Assembly (NCBI GenBank): GCA_964465205.1
Contig: CAYXJO010000008.1
Coordinates: 2,164 to 66,163, forward strand
From: an uncultured Gammaproteobacteria bacterium
Lineage (GTDB): Bacteria; Patescibacteriota; Patescibacteriia; Magasanikbacterales; GWA2-37-8
Direction: 5' to 3'
DNA: 64,000 nucleotides
The position numbers and the translations under genes were made by a program. The notes under the pieces were generated by a model. That model had not been told where the DNA came from. It saw only the letters and a list, made by a program, of their open reading frames with translations, and searched no databases. Of the stretch, positions 10,701 to 19,482 are shown piece by piece (within the stretch, counting starts at the first letter, position 1; every line of letters starts with the position of its first letter).

Positions 10701-13700
10701 AAGTTTATATAGCTATTACTATCTAACAAAGAAATGCTGCCGCTCACTGTCAGCGCCGCCACAGTATTAGTTGTCGCAATACCAACAAAACCAGTAGTAC
10801 CAGCTCCGTTAGACGATCCAACAAATAAGGTGGGCAAGTCACTGTTGAAACCAATCATTAAAGAATCCGCAATATTATTAACAAGCGGATTGTTTATGCC
10901 AGCTCCCACACCAATTACTGAACTTTGAACAGCTGCTGCCTGTACCGCACTGCCTATCACTATGGAGTCTCGAGCGGTCGCTTGTGCGTTAGCACCAAAA
11001 GCCAAACTACTCTCACCTGATGCTAAAACATTCTTACCAATTGCCTGCGAACTAGTGCCAATGTTCACATTATCCCATTCAGTACTACTAGCTATACCAG
11101 CACGAAACGAACCCTTGCTCGGTATCCACATCAGCCGAGTGCCAGCACCAGAAAAAGGAGTGTCGCCCGATGAACCATTAAATAACACTGAACCATTTTC
11201 AACCCCCAACCTGGCTATTACCGAAGTGGTACCCACTCCCAACTTCCACATTGCCGGGTCCCAATTAAGACCATTGTCACTAGTGATCGTAGAACTACCA
11301 TCCCACCAAGCTATTTGGTGGCTTGAACCACTTCCTTGCACACCTGTTACACCGGTAGTATTGGTAGAGATCGTGTACCAATTATCATCGCTACTGTGCT
11401 TAACTTGCACAAGACCGCCATAATCGCGCAAACCATAGCCATCCGTACCTGTTACGGAGTTAAAATTTAAGTAATTGTTACTGCCGTGCAACAACATGCC
11501 GCCTGATACCGACAGCTTAGTTGGCGGGTCTGAAATACCAATTCCAACATTCCCCGTCTGATCAATAGTCATTCTCACCACCCCAGATGAAGTGTCATTC
11601 TGTACGGTGGAGAAAGATATTTTGGAACCCTTGGCCGTATTGGTAAAACTTTGAGTAGCGCGAAAGTCAATCGACGAACCATCTAAAAACGTGCCCCAAG
11701 CACTAGTACCATAACCCACTGCAGTAATCGAACCCAGACGGTCATCATTCTGCACAGCCGAAGGCGCACTTTCGGTACCGCGCGCATAAGCCAAACCAAA
11801 AGCCGGATAACCACTACCGGGCGTTAATCCAGAATAATATGCCGCCGCAATAGCCGAGTCAGCTTGGTAGCCCCCGACAGCTACCAAGCTCAGACGGGTC
11901 AAAGGCCTACTGGTTCCTACGCCGACATATCCGGTGCTACTGCTAATAAACAAAGCTGAAGTAACAGTCCAACTAGTGCCGACACTATACAAAATATTAC
12001 CATCGGATCCGCTAGGCAAACTTCCACCACTGCTTATGTTTGCCCAATCTCCGCCACTATTTTTATATTGCATCGTACCGTTCAAGTCGCGAAATCCGTA
12101 GCCAGCAGTACCAGTAACATTATCTCCCGAGCCGAAATTCAAGTACGTAGTAGCACCAGGGCCAATACTTGATATCAAAGCATCACCATACACAGACAAT
12201 CTGGCTGGTGGATTACCAGTAACAGAGCTACCAATGCCGACATTACCGGTATGATCAATTACCATACGCGTATATGAACCATCAGAACCATTAGGTACCG
12301 TTTGAAACATGATTTTGGAACCGTTACTAGTAGAGGTAAATTGTTCCGTTGCCACAAATCTAATAACTGGACCCGCCCCAAAAGTCCAACCATCAACACC
12401 ATAACCTCCAGCTACTATTTGACCAAGATTATCTCCATTCTGAATTGCTGTCGGGCTAACAGGTGTCCCACGCGCTCGCATCAACGCGATTGTTGCGCCA
12501 GAATTATTGTCATTATAATACCACATGGATTGACCAGCACTAAAAGTATCAGTGCCGGATATGCTCAATTTAGTCAATGGATCCACAGTTCCAAAACCAA
12601 CATAACCCGTACTACTACTTATGTATATTGTCCGAGTAGCAACCCAATTGGCACCGACCGATGATATGATAGCCCCGTCTAAACCGGCAGGTACTGAACT
12701 AGTGCTAATATTCGTCCAAGCGCCATCGCTATTTTTGAATTGGATTGTGCCAAGATTATCACGGAAACCATAACCAGAGGTGCTAGTGGTGGAACCAAAA
12801 TTAATATAATTATATGATCCCTCCAATAATATGTTCCCATACACCGATAACTTCGATTCTGGCGACTCAGTACCAATACCAATATTACCACTATGATCAA
12901 TTACCATACGTGCCAATGTCGGGTTGGATAAACCATTTTGCGTAGTATACATAGCAATCCTAGAACCACGCCTACTACCGCCAGAATTAGAGAAATTTTC
13001 CGTAGCTTCAAAATTAATAAATGACGACACACTATAAGTACCACTACCTATATAACCCGACGCCAACACGCTACCAATCCAATCACCTTGTTGAACTGCT
13101 GTGGGACTGCTTTTGGTGCCACGTGAGTGCGCAAACATGACAGCCGGATACCCATCAGCGCCATGATAAAAAGAACTTATCATTGATTGTCCAAAAGAAC
13201 CAAGTGCTGATGATTCGCCTACCGCCGATATCCCGGTAGTGGGATTAGTCGTGCCTACACCTAAATACCCAGACACAGTGGTGGTGGCTAAGGTCGTATT
13301 TCTAGTTATAACAAGACTGCCGTTAGCATAAATCCCGGTCGAAGTTACTCGATTGAAGTTGAAGTTGCCTTGGGCATCAGAGATAGGAATATAAGTGGAC
13401 GTAGAAGCAGTCGAGGTGGCAGATACACCATCAAGATATTTGGAGTTAAAAGAATATGGCGCAGCAGTAATGCGTTTGCGCGGAGATAACACTTGCCCGT
13501 CGATACTAATCTCTAAATATAGATCGGAATTATTTTGAAATATAGTTGGCGACAATGAGTTGGTGCCGGTATCACCCAAATTTACACTAAATAATCCGCT
13601 AACTGGTGTAATATTTACAGTTGAAGTGGTTGGCAACGTACCGGAAGCAGTGTATAAAGCCGTTCCGCCAGACGCGTTATTGTATATAACGAATTTCATC

Positions 13701-13891
13701 GCCAAGGTGGTAGTAGCTGCTGTCCCATTCACTAACAATTTACCTTGATAAGTAATTATCGCTGGGGTGGCAGCCGCTTTTGTCGGCACGCCGTTACAAG
13801 TCGCAAAAATTGTAAACAAAACAATCCCGAATAACAAAAAGTTACGGAGTTTGCCAATTTTCCACCGTACGCTCTCAGTATATTTCCACAT
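7724..13891 (-). CDS. Giant secreted fibre/adhesin-like protein (2055 aa) with GNVGIGT repeats and a putative autoproteolytic intramolecular-chaperone domain
   Basis: Signal peptide, many G(N/Y)VG(I/V)GT repeats, YadA-like head segments, GADYAEYF...GVVSTKP...GQVAAKV...GDSLTS domain. Confidence 0.75.
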   Translation of the reverse strand: MWKYTESVRWKIGKLRNFLLFGIVLFTIFATCNGVPTKAAATPAIITYQGKLLVNGTAATTTLAMKFVIYNNASGGTALYTASGTLPTTSTVNITPVSGLFSVNLGDTGTNSLSPTIFQNNSDLYLEISIDGQVLSPRKRITAAPYSFNSKYLDGVSATSTASTSTYIPISDAQGNFNFNRVTSTGIYANGSLVITRNTTLATTTVSGYLGVGTTNPTTGISAVGESSALGSFGQSMISSFYHGADGYPAVMFAHSRGTKSSPTAVQQGDWIGSVLASGYIGSGTYSVSSFINFEATENFSNSGGSRRGSRIAMYTTQNGLSNPTLARMVIDHSGNIGIGTESPESKLSVYGNILLEGSYNYINFGSTTSTSGYGFRDNLGTIQFKNSDGAWTNISTSSVPAGLDGAIISSVGANWVATRTIYISSSTGYVGFGTVDPLTKLSISGTDTFSAGQSMWYYNDNNSGATIALMRARGTPVSPTAIQNGDNLGQIVAGGYGVDGWTFGAGPVIRFVATEQFTSTSNGSKIMFQTVPNGSDGSYTRMVIDHTGNVGIGSSVTGNPPARLSVYGDALISSIGPGATTYLNFGSGDNVTGTAGYGFRDLNGTMQYKNSGGDWANISSGGSLPSGSDGNILYSVGTSWTVTSALFISSSTGYVGVGTSRPLTRLSLVAVGGYQADSAIAAAYYSGLTPGSGYPAFGLAYARGTESAPSAVQNDDRLGSITAVGYGTSAWGTFLDGSSIDFRATQSFTNTAKGSKISFSTVQNDTSSGVVRMTIDQTGNVGIGISDPPTKLSVSGGMLLHGSNNYLNFNSVTGTDGYGLRDYGGLVQVKHSSDDNWYTISTNTTGVTGVQGSGSSHQIAWWDGSSTITSDNGLNWDPAMWKLGVGTTSVIARLGVENGSVLFNGSSGDTPFSGAGTRLMWIPSKGSFRAGIASSTEWDNVNIGTSSQAIGKNVLASGESSLAFGANAQATARDSIVIGSAVQAAAVQSSVIGVGAGINNPLVNNIADSLMIGFNSDLPTLFVGSSNGAGTTGFVGIATTNTVAALTVSGSISLLDSNSYINFGAITSTGGYGLRDNGGVLEFKNSGGTWSAFGSATTTVAGNDGEVQYNSGGVLSATSSLAFRNGVFIADWNAVVTGTNRGVALIGNSNHIDDGPSSYVHHGTVLIGFANRTVTNGSDAPLVEGRVAIGSLNLVDGYNGAVAIGSGNASSGNTTMAMGSGMTVSGSGSVGIGLDTGSRFSVTQANTMAIMGGNVGIGTTTPISPLYVFSSSTGYTAGTSNATIISRVKTNASDSNTSIVSNFGAYLDNVAASPAAKAAFGAYGDQFDVTLGSLDQNVVIGPFRTTVGNGYDIIIAGGNGVGSGNGGITYIDGGNGVGGGNDGVVALIARTNYGKVGVGTSTPNARLSIIGASTSTLLSVYTSTTQPALFVSSNGYVGVGTSTPQDLLHLWGNNAGISLANTSGTPSHLRLVTDEDGDVYIQVGSAVTSGATTSLHFGPMRNNIGSYLTIAGNGNVGIGTTTPNYALTVSGSVNITGSYLTNGADYAEYFYTKDKDLTSGEVVCVDVTKNNAVKRCTRSADPDIMGVVSTKPSIIGNKSGDRENDPNYKIIGMLGQVAAKVSAENGPVRPGDSLTSASSTPGYLMRADAGDSTVGVALEGLDSGVGTVNVLISRRNKSMTVEQVEEKITRHIADMKIEDEVQILVSSAVGKYDFSSVSQLSALIDSKLQLFGDAFRVKLSDEMTMLFGNQLAVLNSSTEKLMAGFGEFSDSLGIVSTSLAFFQVEELSNNSAIWSAIDNVSTTLANFMAKDSVVSTSTELTIDQRSDYLMVKNNELNLNGAILANVTAVHARSDKWRITEDGLLVSVVQTSEGNKDVYAMQALSSELVFSGSGRLQAGETYIKFDTSTRDMIDSGQSLKVSVTLTSEEAKGIFVKAKDAFGFVVKELMGGQSDATFDWVVVARRGDGQVRDAGTAEPIDDAAIEETVVGNAGTSTPAFDQDSVPTSTVPEITAEPIMPTAEPDVPTAEETSIEPPAAVELPSQEAVVNSSAAQP

Positions 13892-13950
13892 AGATCAGAC
13901 TCCTTAATTGTACTGTGTTTATTATACCATTTTTAGGGCTTAAATAATAC

Positions 13951-13982
13951 AAAAAAGATGTGGATAAGTTCACATCTTTTTT
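13951..13982. terminator. Bidirectional terminator hairpin containing a perfect DnaA box
   Basis: AAAAAAGATGTG-gataagtt-CACATCTTTTTT; TGTGGATAA at 13959-13967. Confidence 0.6.
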
Positions 13983-14001
13983 GTTAACAAGAAGCTTTAA
14001 T

Positions 14002-17000
14002 TTACTGCTGTGTTGTTATGTCGACCGGCTTATCTGGCATAGTATTATTATCGCCTGTACTTACTGTTGAAGTTGGTGTGGGTTTATTGGGTGGCGATTG
14101 TAAACCGTCCGCCTTTTTCAGCGCTACATCCAATGCAATCGCCGCCGCATCTTGCCCGCGCAAGTCAATGTCTTCGGTTTTGGCCTGTTCATAACCCGGA
14201 CGTTCATAAGTAACATAAAACTGACTATCCGCTGCCAAAAATGTATAACGGCCATTCCTGTCGGTGATTTCGGTTGACACTAACTTGTTGAAATGTGAGT
14301 CAAACAGACGCGCCACCGCCCTATCCAACGGTTTTTTAGTGTGTTCATCATAAACAATACCCCATCCTTTGGCCTTTTGCATCACCGCCAATCTTCTAAA
14401 TAACAAGAACAAAACTATATGCACACCCAGCAATACCCACATATACCATTTTGGCGAAATATATAACGCCACAATAGTCACAAACAAACCTGTCCAAGAA
14501 ACCAAGATTTGCACATGACGCAACACTCTTTCCACATACAAACGTCGTGGTGTTTTGGACTCACCAGCCGGATCCATTGGAATGTTGGCGGTAATTGTAG
14601 TATCTTTGACCGTTACTTCGATCACTTCACCATGGTACAAATCCGTACGCCGACCATCGCTTTTGAAGTCCACCAACAACTTGGTAGGCGACACAAACCC
14701 GGCCTTAAAAGCTTCAATCTTATATTTACCCGGATCAGCAATGAAAATGTATCTACCATTTTTATCGGTTACACGTGAACGAATAATCTTACCGGATACC
14801 GCATCAACCAGACGCACTATCGCCAAATCAACCGGCATTTTACTTAAAGAGTTATACACCTGACCCCAATTTTTGCGCTTACGCCGGCCTATCAACAAAA
14901 TCGGCTGAAAAAACAATAGTTGTAGAAATGCCCACAAATTAGAGAAAGAAATAAGCGACACTGTGCCAACAGCCACCACACCTACGGCCGCCGGAGCCAC
15001 AATTTGAGTCGCTGCTTGTTCTACCACCGGATTATCTACCGTCTCTTTGATAACCTCCACTGCTCTTTCAATATTGGCGGGAATGGCCGCGGCGATAGTC
15101 GCCGGCTTCATTGTTAACCGAACTTGTCGATTAACTACGTTATTAGTAACAAGAAATCTTTGAGTCTTATGTGAATAGTATCTGTCTACATCTAACGCCA
15201 AATAATATTTACCATTTGGCACTACCCAACCAAAAACACCGTTGCGATCCGAGATTAACGGATTCAATTGTCCGTAATAATCGGCATTAAACAGTTCTCC
15301 TTTATCGTTGTACAGTTTTATATTGACCCCTTCCAAAGTAACTCCGCCGTCGCCGGTCACCACGCCTGTCGGCAAACTAGACAATTTAAAATTTACACTA
15401 TCAGTTTGACCCGATCCGTAATCTATCTCCAAAAAGGCGCTATTATCCCCATTTGGAAAAACAATATCGGTATAATATGTTTTTTGTTCATTGTCCAAAT
15501 TCAAGGCGTATTCGTTATTACCAAACCTCAACGCCACCCTAATAGGTGGCCCAGCCAACTTGACGCGTGGTACACCAACCGTAAACGCCGATCGCACCAA
15601 ACTACGTACGACACCCGCAGTATCCGGACGCAACTCAATATTGCGTGCTCCTCCCCAAAATAGTAGATCGCTAAGGTTCAAGTGTACAAAACCAGGTACG
15701 GTTATACCTCGACGACAATCAGTGGTGTTGAAAGAACAGTTGCTATTACACCGAACTACACCTTCATTCCAATCTATATTAAAATCACCGCAAGATTTCG
15801 TAATCGGCAGATTAGTTTCGCAATCTTCACCTATGTCCACAGTGCCATTGCCACAATTTTGTGGGTTGCCACAAGATAATGTGCAGTCACTGGCACAACT
15901 AGAAATACCACAACCGTTCAACGCACCATTGTCGCAATCCTCGGCTCCTTGTCTGGTGCCATCACCACACACCGGACAAACTTGAGTTTGGCACGTAGCA
16001 CTACAGGTGCTAGGGCAAATTCCATTGTTCGATCCGTGATCGCAAGTCTCTCCAGCACTAACATCAAGGTTACCATCGCCACAATTACCACCGCCTATAT
16101 GAGAACACCCTGAATAGTTATAAGTACAATTATTATTACAAGTAACTACACCGGAGTTCCAGTTGGCGTCTTGCTCGGCACAAGTACGAGTAATTGGTTT
16201 GTTTGGCTCACAATTTTCACCAGCGTCTGGCTCTCCATCACCACAATAGCCTTCATTTTCACAAACATTTCTCTTACAACTCATACTGCAGGCCTCTGGA
16301 CACACACCATTGGACCCGCCATTATCACATTCTTCACCCGCCACATCAATGAGTGAGTCGCCACAATAAGCTACTTTACAAAACACTTTGGCACCAGTGC
16401 TATAGTTGTCGGAGGTGTCTTTGGTAAAAATCTTATAATAATAATTTTTGTTTGCCGAAATACCACTATCAGTATAAGTCTGGCCGATACCGTCATAAAC
16501 CAAGACACCATCCAAATGCCCCGTAGGCTCAACATCTAGCTTTCTCACCACTTCTACTCCGGCAAAACAAGCCTCCGATAATTGATCGGGGTTGATCCAA
16601 GACAGTGCACAATTACGACTGGTGGTCACAACACCAAACTCCGAAACATTGGTAGGATTATTCAACATGTCCAACAATGTAGTGAAGGTATCATCGCTGG
16701 TACGCACTTGTTCATCACCCACTGCCGACACAACCTCGTAATGATAGGTAGTATTGCCGCACAAGTTGCTTACTAGTTGGCTATGGTTCGACAATAACGT
16801 AGAATTACCGATCATTGAACCATAGGCCGAAGTTAATCCATAATTAATCTGACTATCTGAATCTTTGTTGGTATTCCAAGTAACACTGGTAGTGGTCATG
16901 CCTGCACGAACCACTACATTATATATAGATAATGCTTGCCAAGGTGCCAACGTGCGGAACGTACCAACTACCGCCGAACCATTATTGGAGCTATCAGTAC

Positions 17001-17919
17001 AAGTGATAGTGAAACTATAACTAGTGTTCTCGGATAACCCTGATAAATTTACATTAAAATTACCGGCCGTAGGCTGATTCACTGTAGCGGCCGGACCACT
17101 ATAACTAAAACTACAATTTTGTAACCCACTCGCTCCATCATAAGCAGTCCACACCACATTCGCGGTAGTATAACTAGTCGAAGTACTGATAATAGTAATG
17201 GTCGGCCCTTCACAGTCGCCCTTGCAATTATGCGCCAGAATGCCGTCGGCAAAATAATTGTGGATATTAGACACTTCAAAGTTATACACAGTTGCCACAC
17301 TATCCACCCAACGTAAAGACCTCACCTTGACCATTTGCCCATGCTCATCTTGCAGACTGTCTCCGATATGTAGCTCGCCAGCCTCTTGCCACGCGCCATT
17401 TATATACAGTCGATGATTTGGTGTTACTTTCAAAAAATTATTAACAACTAAATATCCTGGGACATTATCGTGTTGGAACTTTTGCAAAACTTTTTCAACT
17501 TGCAGTTGTTTGGACTGCTCATCGTAACTATAAACTAAGTCACCCACAACAATATCGGCAATGCGCTTGCTAGAATTATTAGCTAGCAAAATCTTGGTAT
17601 CAGGCAAAAAACAAGGATTGCAATCCGGGTGTCCCACAGCACGACAAGTCGAGACCTGCCAACCACTACAATCTGCTTTACAACTGGCGGTACCACAGCC
17701 GTACAATGTAGAGCTAATACTAGTACAACTCGCGCTGCCACCATCACAAACTTCACCTTCATTTATAATATTATCTCCACACATCGCAGAGACAGACACA
17801 GTCATGTTGATATCAACACTACCGCTATCAGTGGCCGCCCAAGAGTCAATAAAATACCCCACCCCAATAATGGTAGTTATGACAAAAATCAAATTCATTA
17901 TAAACCTATGTTTTATCAT
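14002..17919 (-). CDS. Membrane-anchored surface protein: Cys-rich (DUF4215/Myxococcus-type) repeats, Hint domain, FN3-like and carboxypeptidase-regulatory-like domains
   Basis: Repeated CGDG/CGNG...GExCD; CFLPDT...TPNH...HNC; RVTDKNGRY and ITDRNGRY motifs; C-terminal TM helices. Confidence 0.8.
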   Translation of the reverse strand: MIKHRFIMNLIFVITTIIGVGYFIDSWAATDSGSVDINMTVSVSAMCGDNIINEGEVCDGGSASCTSISSTLYGCGTASCKADCSGWQVSTCRAVGHPDCNPCFLPDTKILLANNSSKRIADIVVGDLVYSYDEQSKQLQVEKVLQKFQHDNVPGYLVVNNFLKVTPNHRLYINGAWQEAGELHIGDSLQDEHGQMVKVRSLRWVDSVATVYNFEVSNIHNYFADGILAHNCKGDCEGPTITIISTSTSYTTANVVWTAYDGASGLQNCSFSYSGPAATVNQPTAGNFNVNLSGLSENTSYSFTITCTDSSNNGSAVVGTFRTLAPWQALSIYNVVVRAGMTTTSVTWNTNKDSDSQINYGLTSAYGSMIGNSTLLSNHSQLVSNLCGNTTYHYEVVSAVGDEQVRTSDDTFTTLLDMLNNPTNVSEFGVVTTSRNCALSWINPDQLSEACFAGVEVVRKLDVEPTGHLDGVLVYDGIGQTYTDSGISANKNYYYKIFTKDTSDNYSTGAKVFCKVAYCGDSLIDVAGEECDNGGSNGVCPEACSMSCKRNVCENEGYCGDGEPDAGENCEPNKPITRTCAEQDANWNSGVVTCNNNCTYNYSGCSHIGGGNCGDGNLDVSAGETCDHGSNNGICPSTCSATCQTQVCPVCGDGTRQGAEDCDNGALNGCGISSCASDCTLSCGNPQNCGNGTVDIGEDCETNLPITKSCGDFNIDWNEGVVRCNSNCSFNTTDCRRGITVPGFVHLNLSDLLFWGGARNIELRPDTAGVVRSLVRSAFTVGVPRVKLAGPPIRVALRFGNNEYALNLDNEQKTYYTDIVFPNGDNSAFLEIDYGSGQTDSVNFKLSSLPTGVVTGDGGVTLEGVNIKLYNDKGELFNADYYGQLNPLISDRNGVFGWVVPNGKYYLALDVDRYYSHKTQRFLVTNNVVNRQVRLTMKPATIAAAIPANIERAVEVIKETVDNPVVEQAATQIVAPAAVGVVAVGTVSLISFSNLWAFLQLLFFQPILLIGRRKRKNWGQVYNSLSKMPVDLAIVRLVDAVSGKIIRSRVTDKNGRYIFIADPGKYKIEAFKAGFVSPTKLLVDFKSDGRRTDLYHGEVIEVTVKDTTITANIPMDPAGESKTPRRLYVERVLRHVQILVSWTGLFVTIVALYISPKWYMWVLLGVHIVLFLLFRRLAVMQKAKGWGIVYDEHTKKPLDRAVARLFDSHFNKLVSTEITDRNGRYTFLAADSQFYVTYERPGYEQAKTEDIDLRGQDAAAIALDVALKKADGLQSPPNKPTPTSTVSTGDNNTMPDKPVDITTQQ
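17227..17613 (-). other. Hint (intein-like) domain, 129 aa, no endonuclease
   Basis: Cys1 (CFLPDT), block B TPNH, block F VYNFEV, terminal HN followed by Cys+1. Confidence 0.85.
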
Positions 17920-18814
17920 ATCGTGCCTGAAGCTTTTTCATTTTAATCTTGCGAACAAATTTAAACGTCAGCATAAATACCACAATGACTACTACTGATA
18001 GTCCAACCAAACTCCACACTGGCCAATACCACACATAATCGACAGCTGTTATACTCTGTTTAGTCAAACCATACGCTATTCTAGACTCAACTTGGTAGAT
18101 ACCGGGCCACAAAACCGATCCTGCCACATCTGTTTCAAAGTTGGTAATTTTTTGGGCCCCTGCCAATACTTTATTATTGGAAAAAATCTGCTTGACGACC
18201 AAAGCGTGTCCGCGCCAACTATTTATTACCAACTCTCCACTAACTGGCACCTCGACATTACCTTTGTTCTCCAACACCAAATCAAAACGCCATGATTTTT
18301 GACTAGTCCAACTTTGTTCGCTTTCAAATTTTTTAACAAGTAAAGACTCGTATGCTGAACCAGAGACTTGTATTGTAATCAAACTCAACAAACGAGGCGA
18401 AAAACCCACATTGCTTTTACCTGTGTTTCCTGACTCAACCCCCAGACCCAAATAGTGACTCCCAGGGATTGCGTCGCGTGGAATATCAATCTCAAAAACA
18501 ACCTCACTTTTACCGCCGGGTCCCACATTTATTTCTGTGTCAACCGACTTGACCCATTGCTCTGCGGACTCCAAATTTTTACCAAATACCGGCTGTCCTT
18601 TTTCGCCCTGACGAACACCAAATACGACTGGCACAAATTTCATTCCTATGGCTTCATCGTTATCAACCTGTATCTTGGTCACTTGTGTACTACCGGGATC
18701 GGCTGTAATCAAAAAACGTACCGGACTAATGGTAAATGCCAGCGTGGGTGGCGCCCAAAAAAATGACAATGCCAATAAGAATAGTAATTTACGCCACATA
18801 AATTGCCAGCACAA
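17906..18814 (-). CDS. DUF916-like (WxL-associated) surface protein
   Basis: Signal peptide, ISPVRF...PG motif, ENKGNV, C-terminal TM helix. Confidence 0.6.
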   Translation of the reverse strand: MCWQFMWRKLLFLLALSFFWAPPTLAFTISPVRFLITADPGSTQVTKIQVDNDEAIGMKFVPVVFGVRQGEKGQPVFGKNLESAEQWVKSVDTEINVGPGGKSEVVFEIDIPRDAIPGSHYLGLGVESGNTGKSNVGFSPRLLSLITIQVSGSAYESLLVKKFESEQSWTSQKSWRFDLVLENKGNVEVPVSGELVINSWRGHALVVKQIFSNNKVLAGAQKITNFETDVAGSVLWPGIYQVESRIAYGLTKQSITAVDYVWYWPVWSLVGLSVVVIVVFMLTFKFVRKIKMKKLQARYDKT

Positions 18815-18818
18815 AAAA

Positions 18819-19454
18819 TTAAAAATTAGCGGAAGCGGTCAAAACTACCGTTTGACTATAACTACCCGCCACCGTAGTCGAACTAATAGCTGCTTTAAAT
18901 TCCAATACCGTAGCACTGCCCACAATCGGCGCGACAGAAGCGGCAATAAGCAGACTGCTGGTCACCGCCACATCACCGCTAGTAAGTTGATTCTCTGCTC
19001 CGCTGCCGGCCACACCAAACGCTTCAGTGCCGGCTGTCACTGTACCCCCAACCACATCCTGCAGACTACCACCCGACCAAATCGCACTTCCAACTGTTAA
19101 CGAATAACCTGTCCCCGCGTCAGTAGAGACCGTTGCGGTGGTAGAAGCACTACTTACCGTAGATGTACTCAAGGTGCCCAAATTCAAAGATGAGTCAGAG
19201 ATACTCAAACTGATATACCCCCTATCCATAGCCTGATAACCGCCACGAATTTCATAAGTGCCGTCATTCATAATTCCCACCGGCGACTCTCCCAAACTGG
19301 AATCCAAACTATACTCGCCACCAATGCTAAACACACCACCGGAATCAATCGTGTCGGCATAGATGTAGTAATCTGTGGAAGACATGGCGGCAAATAAATT
19401 CGTCGGCAAAATTAGCGCGCCTAACAATAGAATTGTAACAATGAATAATCTCAT
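18819..19454 (-). CDS. Secreted Ser/Thr-rich WxL-like protein
   Basis: Signal peptide from ATG 19454 (MRLFIV); C-terminal AGSYSQTVVLTASANF. Confidence 0.55.
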   Translation of the reverse strand: MRLFIVTILLLGALILPTNLFAAMSSTDYYIYADTIDSGGVFSIGGEYSLDSSLGESPVGIMNDGTYEIRGGYQAMDRGYISLSISDSSLNLGTLSTSTVSSASTTATVSTDAGTGYSLTVGSAIWSGGSLQDVVGGTVTAGTEAFGVAGSGAENQLTSGDVAVTSSLLIAASVAPIVGSATVLEFKAAISSTTVAGSYSQTVVLTASANF

Positions 19455-19482
19455 TTGGCGAATATTAAAAACGGCGGCAAAA

